Assembly: GCA_013239625.1 (NCBI GenBank)
Contig: MU054323.1
Span: 13,625,950-13,689,949, forward strand
Direction: 5' to 3'
Length of the DNA stretch: 64,000 nt
DNA from: Lama guanicoe
Lineage: Eukaryota
Under the pieces are notes generated by a model, which did not search any database, was not told the origin of the DNA, and was given only the letters and a program-made list of their open reading frames with translations. How positions within the stretch are numbered: the first letter of the stretch is position 1; the number at the start of each line of letters is the position of its first letter. Shown in pieces: positions 26,545 through 36,778 of the stretch. The translations under genes were made by a program, and so were the position numbers.

Positions 26545-29500
26545 GGACAGGGGAGGTGGTTTTCACTCTTCTCTCACCTCCCCTTCCCTCCCCTCCCCTT
26601 TAATAGGTATGATATTAATATTGTATTGTATCAGATGAAATGATCCAGTAGTCTTGAAGGATTTTATTATGTTGAAACACACTGTGTTTTCATTTTGGTG
26701 GTTAAAAAGATAGAAGTTGTAATATATGCAGTGGTCACCTGGCTAAGTCATCTTTTTCCTGTCATTTTTCTACTTCCTCCTAATCTCCATCCCTGCCTAG
26801 TTTGTTATGTTCTTCTATTTGCTACTACAGAAAATGCCCTTCTCCCATATGTCATCTACAGAATTTTTACTTTTGATAAGTTTTCTTGATTTTTCACTGA
26901 ACTAAACTCTGTGAGGACAGAAGCCCATTTCTCTTATCTCTCCAGTGTATCCTCAGCATCTGGCACAGCCTGACATCTAATGAGAGTTTAATACAAATTT
27001 GTCTGACATACAGTGGGGATTTAACACATGCATTTGTCTAAAGAATAAATGAGATTATGTGTGAGAGAGTGTTCACATTTAAATTATGTACCTTTTAGAT
27101 GTCTCTAATAAGATCTCAGGAAATCTTTCTCTAGTTTGATTAGAGGTAGGGATTTATGTGGAGAGGAGTATTATATGATATCCACTTTGATGCCCATTTT
27201 TTTCTTTGCGTTGTCACAGAACAATCTGAATTAGATTATGGCTGAAGAAAATATAATTGTACTACATACAAGTGAATTTAGTAACAAATTGTTAATCAAG
27301 TTTCTTTATATATATATATATATACACATATTATATATATATAATGTCAATTTTCTTCATATTCAATAAATAATTCTGTCATTTTTGAGAGGAATTTTAT
27401 TGGAGCTGGTATTAGCTCCTGCATGTCCAAATTGCTGAGAAGTCCAGTGTTAATCATTTCACAGGTCTCTGACCTTGTGTTGTATTATGCTGTGGACTTC
27501 GGTTACCCTGAAAAGAGGTCATGCAGCCTCTTGATTCTTGGGTGAGGCAAGTCCATGGTCCCAGGCCAGGGTTGCTCTGTGATTGTTTGTTCTTTTGGTC
27601 ACATGATCCCGTGGTTCGGGGACTGGTTCCATTTGTGGACCTAACATTGTGATTTCCCATCTCCAGATCCATATCCTTGTCCAGTTCTCTGGAGACTCCA
27701 CATGATAGGCTGGGCTCCTGATGTTGTGTCCTGTGCCCTTTATGGGCCTGACACATTGAAGACCCTGCCCCTAAGTTACTACAGAATCTTGTAAGCCTTG
27801 TTCTTATTCCCAATCCTGTGTTATCCAGAAGAGCAATGCCTTATTCCTTTCACTCTCCATAATACAGAAAAGGTTCATCCTGCCTCTTCTTTCAGCAGTA
27901 GGACCTGAGGAAGCAAAAGATGGCCCACAGTGGCCGGCCACATACCCACCACAAATGGACCTGTCTTCCTTTTCTGACAGTGAGGACCCAACTTGAGGAA
28001 TACAGATGCTTTCTGTCAGATGAATCTACACACAGGAAGCAAAAACAAAAATTAATTTCCCAGCTAGTCACCTTGCTATAGCATGTTCTCAGTCAGTCAC
28101 ATAGTAAGCACTACAATCCATGTTTGCTGAATGTGTTGGATTCTAATATTATGCAAGAAATGAGCAAATTAAAAAAAATCTAGATAGTATTTTTAATGAG
28201 CACTTTGCATAGATGGTTGAGCTAAAGGGCTTAAAAATTTGTGTTCTCAAAACTAAAATTAAAAATTATTTTTAACCCTGCTGTCTTTAACATTTTGATT
28301 TGTTTGAAACATTATTTCCATAAAATTGACCTATCCATAAGTGACCAAAGATATTATGCTAATGTAGGATCCAGCTATTGACAGTTTATCTTCTTTACCT
28401 TGTGGATTAAAATAATTTATTTTAGTAGCCTGAAACATACACTTACAGTCTCAGATTTTGGGACTTATAAACATTGTGTTTGTAGGCAGAGAATGATCAG
28501 TCTCTTTCATTTCTCTTTTTTCCTCCCTGGCATTTACTGTCAAAAGCCCATGCTTCTCTGGTTACAGTACTACCTGCTTGGTCTGCCCTCTGTGAGAGTC
28601 TTGTTATTTTCCTTGATTTCTGGGATTAGAATGAGTGACCAGAAACACATTCTGTCTCCCAGGATACAAGCCCGTTGTGGTTGCTGGGAAATGAGCACAA
28701 TTAGGATCAGCTCATTAACTGATGGTTTTCAGTGCATCATACAGAGGATGTGGTCAAAGGCACTGCCCGTTAGTCTGCATCTTTTCATTTGGCTTCTCTG
28801 AAAAATTTTGTGCTCTCTATAATGAAAGCAAAAAAATAGAACACCTTTAATGAGCAATTGCAATTAATCACAGATTCAGAAGTATGTTTAAAAGATACCT
28901 ATTGTGATACAGTATATTAACTAGTGTATATATTTGTAATTATGTTTGATTTTTATTTTCCTTAGGTCTTTTAGCTAGCACTTTTTCTAAGAGAATTTCT
29001 TGAATATTTTTGAAAAGAAGCCATAGTCCTGGTTCAGTGCAGATTCAAGGGAGACTAGAGAGGTATTTTGTGGTCCTGACCAGGTTAGATGGCCTCAGAC
29101 AAGCCATTTTACAGGTTATGAGAGGCTGGATTAAATCAGTGATTCTTAATCATGGCTGAAGAATCCTCTAAGGAGCTTTTGGTATGTGTGTGTTTTTCCA
29201 GTTTTCAGTTTTATTAGATAGAATTGCTACAGCTTGACTGCACATATATAATATATTGCATGTAAATACACATAAATAATATACTGCACATTTTTTTTAG
29301 TTTACATGTCTGTGCTAATCATTGTTTCTAAGAACAGATTAGAGCTTTAGCTTTTTAAACTTACACAGTTATCAAAGGAATAAAGCCAACCACAAAATAA
29401 GAATCAGAATATGGTAATCCAATCATAAGGGAAAGTCATATATGCTTACACATATTCAAGAAATCAGTCATCTAAGTTATAAATAATAAGTAGTTCATTT

Positions 29501-29966
29501 GTGTCTTTTTTTTTTTATAGATTCCACATATAACTGATACATGGCATTTTTCTTTCTCTTTCTGGCCTGCTTCACTTAGAATGACAATCTCCAGGTCCAT
29601 CCATGTTGCTGCAAATGGCATTATTTTATGTTTTTTATGGCTGAGTAGTATTCCATTGTATATGTATATCACAACTTCTTTATCCAGTCATCTGTTTTTT
29701 TTTTTTTTATGGTCTCAAGGATATATTTTATTCAGTTATCTCATCACATTTTTTTTTCACATTTTTTCTCTGTGATTTATCATAACATTTTGTGTATATT
29801 TCCCTGTGCTATACAGTGTAATCTTGTTTATCTATTCTACAATTTTGAAATCCCAGTCTATCCCTTCCCACCCTCTACCCACCCCCGTAACCACAAGTCT
29901 GCATTCTCTGTCCATGAGTCTATTTCTGTCCTGTATTTATGCTTTGTTTTTGTTTGTTTTTGTTTT

Positions 29967-32900
29967 TTAGATTCCACATATGAGCGATCTCATATGGTAT
30001 TTTTCTTTCTCTTTCTGGCTTACTTCACTTAGAATGACATTCTCTAGGAGCATCCATGTTGCTGCAAATGGCATTATGTTGTCGGTTTTTATGGCTGAGT
30101 AGTATTCCATTGTATAAATATACCACCTCTTCTTTATCCAGTCACCTGTTGATGGACATTTAGGCTGTTTCCATGTTTTGGCTATTGTAAATAGTGCTGC
30201 TATGAACATTGGGGTGCAGGTGTCATCCTGAAGTAGATTTCCTTCTGGATACAAGCCCAGGAGTGGGATTCCTGGGTCATATGGTAAGTCTATTCCTAGT
30301 CTTTTGAGGAATCTCCACACTGTTTTCCATAGTGGCTGCACCAAACTGCATTCCCACCAGCAGTGTAGGAGGGTTCCCCTTTCTCCACAGCCTCTCCAGC
30401 ATTTGTCATTTTTGGATTTTTGAATGACGGCCATTCTGACTGGTGTGAGGTGATACCTCATTGTAGTTTTGATTTGCATTTCTCTGATAATTAGTGATAT
30501 TGAACATTTTTTCATGTGCTTTTTGATCATTTGTATGTCTTCCTTGGAGAATTGCTTGTTTAGGTCTTCTGCCCATTTTTGGATTGGGTTGTTTATTTTT
30601 TTCTTATTGAGTCGTATGAGCTGCTTATATATTTTGGAGATCAAGCCTTTGTCGGTTTCACTTGCAAAAATTTTCTCCCATTCCGTAGGTTTTCTTCTTG
30701 TTTTATTTCTGGTTTCCTTTGCTCTGCAGAAGCTTGTAAGTTTCATTAGGTCCCATTTGTTTATTCTTGCTTTTATTTCTTCTAGGAGAAAATTTTTGAA
30801 ATGTATGTCAGATAATGTTTTGCCTATGTTTTCCTCTAGGAGGTTTATTGTATCTTGTCTTATGTTTAAGTCTTTAATCCATTTTGAGTTGATTTTTGTA
30901 TATGGTGTAAGGGTGTGTTCTAGCTTCATTGTTTTACATGCTGCTGTCCAGTTTTCCCAACACCATTTGCTGAAGAGACTGTCTTTATTCCATTGTATAT
31001 TCTTGCCTCCTTTGTCGAAGATGAGTTGACCAAAAGTTTGTGGGTTCATTTCTGGGCTCTCTATTCTGTTCCATTGGTCTATATGTCTGTTTTGGTACCA
31101 ATACCATGCTGTCTTGATGACTGTAGCTCTATAGTATTGTCTGAAGTCTGGGAGAGTTATTCCTCCAGCCTCTTTCTTTCTCTTCAGTAATGCTTTAGCA
31201 ATTCTAGGTCTTTGATGGTTCCATATAAATTTTATTATGATTTGTTCTAGTTCTGTGAAATATGTCCTGGGTAATTGGATAGGGATTGCATTAAATCTGT
31301 AGATTGCCTTGGGCAGTGTGACCATTTTAACAATATTGATTCTTCCAATCCAAGAGCATGGAATATCTTTCCATTTTTTAAAGTCTTCTTTAATTTCCTT
31401 CATCAATGGTTTATAGTTTTCTGTGTATAATTCTTTCACCTCCTTGGTTAGATTTATTCCCAGATATTTTATTACTTTGGGTGCTATTTTAAAGGGGATT
31501 GTTTCTTTACTTTCTTTTTCTGTTGATTTATCGTTAGTGTAAAGAAAGGCAACTGATTTTTGAACATTAATTTTGTAACCTGCTACCTTGCTGAATTCTT
31601 CGATCAGCTCTAGTAGCTTTTTTGTGGACCTTTTAGGGTTTTCTATATATAGTAACATGTCGTCAGCATATAATGACACTTTTACCTCTTCTTTTCCAAT
31701 TTGGATCCCTTTTATTTCTTTCTCTTGCCTGATTGCTGTGGCTAGGACTTCCAGGACTATATTGAATAGGAGTGGTGATAGTGGGCATCCTTGTCTTGTC
31801 CCAGATTTTAGTGGGAAGCTTTTGAGTTTTTCACCGTTGAGAACTATGCTGGCTATAGGTTTGTCATATATAGCTTTTATTATGTTGAGATATGTTCCCT
31901 CTATACCCACTTTGGCGAGAGTTTTTATCATAAATGGGTGTTGAATTTTATCAAATGCTTTTTCTGCATCGATTGAGATGATCATGTGGTTTTTGTCCTT
32001 TCTCTTGTTGATGTGATGTATTACATTGATTGATTTGCGTATGTTGAACCAGCCTTGTGTCCCTGGGATGAACCCCACTTGGTCATGATGTATAATCTTT
32101 TTTATGTGTTGTTGGATTCTATTTGCTAAAATTTTGGTGAGGATTTTGGCGTCTATGTTCATCAGTGATATTGGCCTATAATTCTCTTTTTTTGTAGTGT
32201 CTTTGCCTGGTTTTGGTATCAGGGTGATGGTGGCTTCATAGAATGAGTTTGGGAGTATTCCCTCCTTTTCAATCGTCTGGAAGAGTTTGAGAAGGACTGG
32301 TATGAGTTCTTCTTTGTATGTTTGGTAGAATTCCCCGGTGAAGCCATCCGGTCCTGGACTTTTATTTGTAGGGAGGTTTTTAATTGCTATTTCTATTTCC
32401 TTTCTAGTGATCGGATTGTTCAAGTGTTCAGTTTCTTCTTGATTCAGTTTTGGTGGACAGTATGTTTCCAGAAACTTGTCCATCTCCTCTAGGTTATCCA
32501 GTTTGGTTCCATATAGTTTTTCATAATATTCTCGTATGATATTCTGTATTTCTATTTTGTTTGTTGTAATTTCTCCATTTTCCTTTCTTATTTTGCTAAT
32601 TTGTGCTCTCTCTTTTTTCTTCTTTGTGAGTTTGGCCAGAGGTTTGTCGATTTTATTTACTTTTTCAAAAAACCAGCTTTTGGTTTGGTTGATTTTTTCT
32701 ATGGTCTTGTTAATCTCTATTGTATTTAATTCCTCTCTGATCTTTATTATTTCCTTCCTTCTGCTGCTTTTTGGGGCTTTTTGTTCTTCTTTTTCTAATT
32801 GATTCAGGTGGTGGGTTAACTTGTTTATTTGAGATTGTTCTTCTTTTTTGAGGAAGGCCTGTATCGCTATAAACTTCCCTCTTAGCACTGCCTTTGCTGT

Positions 32901-33764
32901 GTCCCATAGGTTTTGAGTGGTTGTGCTTTCATTATCATTTGTCTCAAGGTATTTTTTAATTTCAGCTTTGATTTCCTCATTGATCCATTGTTTTTTCAAT
33001 AACATATTGTTTAATCTCCATGCTTTTCTTTTTTTCTCCTTTGTTTCTCTGTTGTTGATTTCCAGTTTCATGGCATTGTGGTCAGTAAAGATGCTTGAGA
33101 TAATTTCTATCTTCTTAAATTTGTTGAGGTTTCTTTTGTGTCCAAGTACATGATCGATCCTGGAAAATGTTCCATGTGCACTTGAAAAGAATGTATATTC
33201 TATTTTTTGGGGGTGTAATGCTCTGAAAATATCCACCAAATCTAGTTTTTCTATTGTAGTATTTAATTTCTCTGTTGCCTTGTTTATTTTCTGTCTGGAA
33301 GATCTGTCTAGTGATGTTAATGCAGTGTTAAAATCTCCAACTATGATTGTATTCCCATCAATATCCCCCTTTATCTCTGTTAGTAATTCTTGTATGTACT
33401 TAGGTGCTCCTATATTGGGTGCATATATATTAACGAGTGTAATATCTTCATCTTGTATCACTCCTTTAATCATTATAAAATGTCCTTCTTTATCTTTCTT
33501 TATGGCCTTTGTTTTAAAGTCTATTTTGTCTGAAATCAGTACTGCAACACCTGCTTTTTTGGCTTTTCCATTTGCATGGAATATCCTTTTCCATCCTTTC
33601 ACTCTCAATCTATATGTGTCCTTCTCCCTAAAGTGGGTCTCTTGTATGCAGCATATTGAAGGTTCTTGCTTTATTATCCAGTCTGCCACTCTATGTCTTT
33701 TGACTGGAGCATTTAGTCCATTAACATTTACAGTAATTAATGATAGATGTGTGTTTATTGCCAT
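29967..33764 (-). CDS. LINE-1 ORF2p (APE endonuclease, reverse transcriptase, C-terminal cysteine-rich domain)
   Basis: 1265 aa uninterrupted; EN motifs NVNGLN, QETH, GDFN, SRIDH, TDH; RT motifs [23 protein letters not shown]...HCWWEC. Confidence 0.98.
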   Translation of the reverse strand: MAINTHLSLITVNVNGLNAPVKRHRVADWIIKQEPSICCIQETHFREKDTYRLRVKGWKRIFHANGKAKKAGVAVLISDKIDFKTKAIKKDKEGHFIMIKGVIQDEDITLVNIYAPNIGAPKYIQELLTEIKGDIDGNTIIVGDFNTALTSLDRSSRQKINKATEKLNTTIEKLDLVDIFRALHPQKIEYTFFSSAHGTFSRIDHVLGHKRNLNKFKKIEIISSIFTDHNAMKLEINNRETKEKKRKAWRLNNMLLKKQWINEEIKAEIKKYLETNDNESTTTQNLWDTAKAVLRGKFIAIQAFLKKEEQSQINKLTHHLNQLEKEEQKAPKSSRRKEIIKIREELNTIEINKTIEKINQTKSWFFEKVNKIDKPLAKLTKKKKERAQISKIRKENGEITTNKIEIQNIIREYYEKLYGTKLDNLEEMDKFLETYCPPKLNQEETEHLNNPITRKEIEIAIKNLPTNKSPGPDGFTGEFYQTYKEELIPVLLKLFQTIEKEGILPNSFYEATITLIPKPGKDTTKKENYRPISLMNIDAKILTKILANRIQQHIKKIIHHDQVGFIPGTQGWFNIRKSINVIHHINKRKDKNHMIISIDAEKAFDKIQHPFMIKTLAKVGIEGTYLNIIKAIYDKPIASIVLNGEKLKSFPLKSGTRQGCPLSPLLFNIVLEVLATAIRQEKEIKGIQIGKEEVKVSLYADDMLLYIENPKRSTKKLLELIEEFSKVAGYKINVQKSVAFLYTNDKSTEKESKETIPFKIAPKVIKYLGINLTKEVKELYTENYKPLMKEIKEDFKKWKDIPCSWIGRINIVKMVTLPKAIYRFNAIPIQLPRTYFTELEQIIIKFIWNHQRPRIAKALLKRKKEAGGITLPDFRQYYRATVIKTAWYWYQNRHIDQWNRIESPEMNPQTFGQLIFDKGGKNIQWNKDSLFSKWCWENWTAACKTMKLEHTLTPYTKINSKWIKDLNIRQDTINLLEENIGKTLSDIHFKNFLLEEIKARINKWDLMKLTSFCRAKETRNKTRRKPTEWEKIFASETDKGLISKIYKQLIRLNKKKINNPIQKWAEDLNKQFSKEDIQMIKKHMKKCSISLIIREMQIKTTMRYHLTPVRMAVIQKSKNDKCWRGCGERGTLLHCWWECSLVQPLWKTVWRFLKRLGIDLPYDPGIPLLGLYPEGNLLQDDTCTPMFIAALFTIAKTWKQPKCPSTGDWIKKRWYIYTMEYYSAIKTDNIMPFAATWMLLENVILSEVSQKEKEKYHMRSLICGI

Positions 33765-34161
33765 TTTGAACTTATCTTTGCAGTTGAATTGGTATATCCT
33801 CTTTGTTCCTTTCTTCTTCCTTTTGTGGTTTGGTAATTTTCCTTTGTATTATCATGGATTTTATTTAATTTTTGTGACTCCCTTGTAAATTTTTGACTTG
33901 TGGTTACCCTTTTTTGTAAATCTATTAACCTATACCCGTTTTTAATAAACTGATAATAACATGATCTCAAACCCATCCTACTGTTAAAAAAATTTAAAAA
34001 AGAAAGAAAAAAAATTCTATATTTCCCTGCCTCCCTCTCCCACTCTCAGTGATTTGTATGTCTTCTTTTATAATTTCGTGTTTTCTTTATTTGTAATTCA
34101 TGAGTTATCACCTTTCCAGTTGTACGTTTCTCATTTCTGTAGCATCCTGCTGCTTTTCTAT

Positions 34162-35064
34162 TTAGAATAGCCCTTTCAATATTTCTTTTAGCATGGGTTT
34201 AGTGTTGCTAAACTCCTGCAGCTTTTTTTTGTCTGTGAAACTCTTTATTTCTCCTTCTATCCTAAAGGATAGCCTTGCTGGATAAAGTATCCTAGGCTGC
34301 ATCTTTTTTTCATTCAGGGCTTTGAATATATCTTGCCACTCCCTTCTGGCCTGTAGTGTTTGTGTAGAGAAATCAGCTGAGAGCCTTATGGGGGTTCCCT
34401 TGTAGTTCACTCTTTGCTTTTCTCTTGCTGCCTTTAGAATCATTTCTTTATCCTTGACTCTGGCCATCTTGATTATGATATGTCTTGGTGTGGGTCTATT
34501 TGGGTTCTTCCTGTTTGGGACCCTCTGAGCTTCCTGTACTTGTATATCTGATTCCTTCTTTAAGTTTGGGAAGTTTTCAGTCATGATTTCTTCAAAAACC
34601 TTTTCAATCCCCTTTGATCCTTCTTCCCCTTCTGGGACCCCTATTATGCGAAGATTGGGACGCTTTATATTATCCCATAGGTCCCTTATGCTATTATCAT
34701 TATTTTTTATTTGCTTATCTTGTAGTTCTTCTGAATGGGTGCTTTCTGTTGCCCTGTCTTCTAGATCACTAATTCGTTCCTCTGCATTAACTAGTCGGCT
34801 TTGCACAGCTGTTAGATCATTCCTCATCTCTGTCAATGAGTTTTCCCATTTTGCTTGGCTCTTCTTTATAGCTTCAATTTCATTTTTGACATATTTTATT
34901 TCTCTAAGCATTATCTCTTTTAATTCCTTCAGCAATTTGATCACTCCTTTTTTGAAATCTTGATCTAGTAGGCTATCGATGTCTATTTCATTGAGCTTTC
35001 TTTCAGGGGATTCCTCTTGTTCTTTTAATTGGGAAAGGTTTCTCTGCTTCTTCATCTTGCTCAT
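34162..35064 (-). CDS. LINE-1 ORF1p (coiled coil, RRM, CTD)
   Basis: 300 aa; heptad-rich N-half; LWDNIKRPNLRIIGVPE, RPTPRHIII, AREK, ARREW, YPARLS motifs. Confidence 0.97.
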   Translation of the reverse strand: MSKMKKQRNLSQLKEQEESPERKLNEIDIDSLLDQDFKKGVIKLLKELKEIMLREIKYVKNEIEAIKKSQAKWENSLTEMRNDLTAVQSRLVNAEERISDLEDRATESTHSEELQDKQIKNNDNSIRDLWDNIKRPNLRIIGVPEGEEGSKGIEKVFEEIMTENFPNLKKESDIQVQEAQRVPNRKNPNRPTPRHIIIKMARVKDKEMILKAAREKQRVNYKGTPIRLSADFSTQTLQARREWQDIFKALNEKKMQPRILYPARLSFRIEGEIKSFTDKKKLQEFSNTKPMLKEILKGLF

Positions 35065-36778
35065 ACCTCTCTGGCACTGTGGTTTATGGAGTATCAGTTG
35101 TCTATTTTGGATCTTAAGGATTTTATCTATCTAATGCCTATTTAGGAATAGAACTTAGGAAAAAAAAAGAAAAAAGAAAAAAGAAAAAAAGAGAAAAAAA
35201 TAAGAGAGAGAGAGAAAGATTTTTAAAAGAAGGGAGAAAGAGGGTTTGAAAACAATGTATAATGAATAATAGAAGAGCGGGTTGAAGCAGAGTATTAATC
35301 GGGTGGAGACGTCCTTTTAAAACCTTTAAAAAAAAAGGGGGGGTGGGGAGATGAATATATGTGTTTGAAGCCTGTGTCTAATCAATAACAGGACATCAAA
35401 ACCCAAGAGAAATAGAAATGAATTAAGAAGTAAAAATTAAGAGAGTAATTGAAAATATAACAGGTAAAAGCAGATTTAAAAAACAAAACAAAAAAAAAAA
35501 AAAGGGGGTTGTCGGTGTTCTCCTGGAGTCTGTGTGCTTTTAATGTGAAGTCCTTCTGTCTTCGTCCTGTTTTGGAAGCTCAGCTTGTTTTCATAGGCCC
35601 TCCGTTGGCGCCCTCTTCTGTGCTGCTCCCAGCACCTGTCGGCAAGCAGATCGCGCCTCCTCCTAACACGGGGTCAGATGCAGCTCTCCTCTGCTGCGGG
35701 CGGGCGGGTCACTGCCCCTCCGGATGCCGCAGTCAGATGTTGCAGACTGGCCAGGCAGGAGGGCGGGTCGTGCCCCTTCCCAGCACCTCGGTCAGGGGTT
35801 GTGTTCCTGCCCGACAGGCGGGGGGCCGCTCTCCCCCTGCCTGCGCCGCCGGTAGCTCCGCTGCTCTGTGCGGCTGCGCGCTCCGCCCTGGTCGCGCTCC
35901 GCGGGTGGGCTCGGGGAAGACCGAGGGGCAGCCTCGTCCCTGCTCCGAGCCAAGACCCAGCTGCTTGTTTGTCTTTGTGGAGCAAGTTCTCTGGGGGACC
36001 AGAATGGAAGGATCCTATCTGCCCAGGGCTGTAGGCCCGTCTCAGTCTGGCCCTTGAGGCTGCTAAGCCCTTCGGTGCGGACGCAGGTTTCGCCTCTGCC
36101 CCCGCCTGGGTGCTAAGCGCCGGAGAATATGGCGGCTCTGCCTGGGCCCCGCCCCTCTTCCCCTGAAAAGTTTCCGCGGGTTTTCAGAGATGGGGGTATG
36201 CACCCTTCCCCCGAGAGCACATCAACCTTGCTGTTTTATGGAGGGCCCAGGTTGTTCTGTCCTGTACACCCACAGCCCCGGCGCCCAGCCCCTTGCAGTC
36301 CCCCGGAGCTGCCTCCGTGCAGCCGCCCCCGTCCTCTGCCCGGCTTGTGCAGCCTGGCCCTGCCTGCCGCTGCCGGCCCGCGTCTCAGGCTGGGTGTCGG
36401 GGGGACGCTCTGTGCCCGTTTAACTTAGTTCTGTCCGACAAGGGCTGCTCTGTACAGATCCGAGCCTTGGAGGCTCCCCCTCCGTCCCGCTGGCCTCTCA
36501 ATTGGAGAGGGGAGACCTAGCGAGCAAGCGCCAGTCCTCCTTTGCCGCTCCCTCCCCGCGGGACCCGTCCCGCGCTGCTTTGCCTTTTGTTCTTTCTTTT
36601 TTCCTTTTCTCCTACCAGATTTTTGGCGTCTTTATCTTTTGAAGAGGGCGATGATCTGTTGGAGTTCCGCAGGTGCTCTGGTTGGCTGAGTGGGTCTGTA
36701 GATGTGGGTCTTGGTGTATTTGTGGGAGAGGGTGACTTACAAGCGTCCTTCTACTCCGCCATCTTGCCCGGAAGTCTC
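35065..36778 (-). promoter_or_regulatory. L1 5'UTR / internal promoter with CpG island (~35510-36778) and terminal YY1-type site
   Basis: Dense undecayed CpGs against a CpG-poor background; CAAGATGGCGG about 12 nt from the 5' end; pyrimidine-rich sense-strand block ~35150-35505. Confidence 0.85.

Larger units (their letters stand above)
29697..36778 (-). mobile_element. Full-length, apparently intact young LINE-1 (~7.08 kb)
   Basis: Perfect 14-bp TSD TCCAGTCATCTGTT at 29683-29696 and 36779-36792; poly(A) to 29708; both ORFs open; 5' end GAGACTTCCGGGCAAGATGGCGG; CpG-rich 5'UTR. Confidence 0.97.

Noticed and set aside
27440..27830. LTR-like GC-richer segment with a 119-aa ORF
   Set aside because: Could not assign termini, TSD or family; the ORF has a non-ATG start and no recognisable homology
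30469..34963. Long plus-strand ORFs (186, 118, 202, 126 aa) antisense to ORF1/ORF2
   Set aside because: Typical Phe/Leu/Ser/Ile-rich shadow frames of the A-rich L1 coding strand; several start at TTG; no independent evidence
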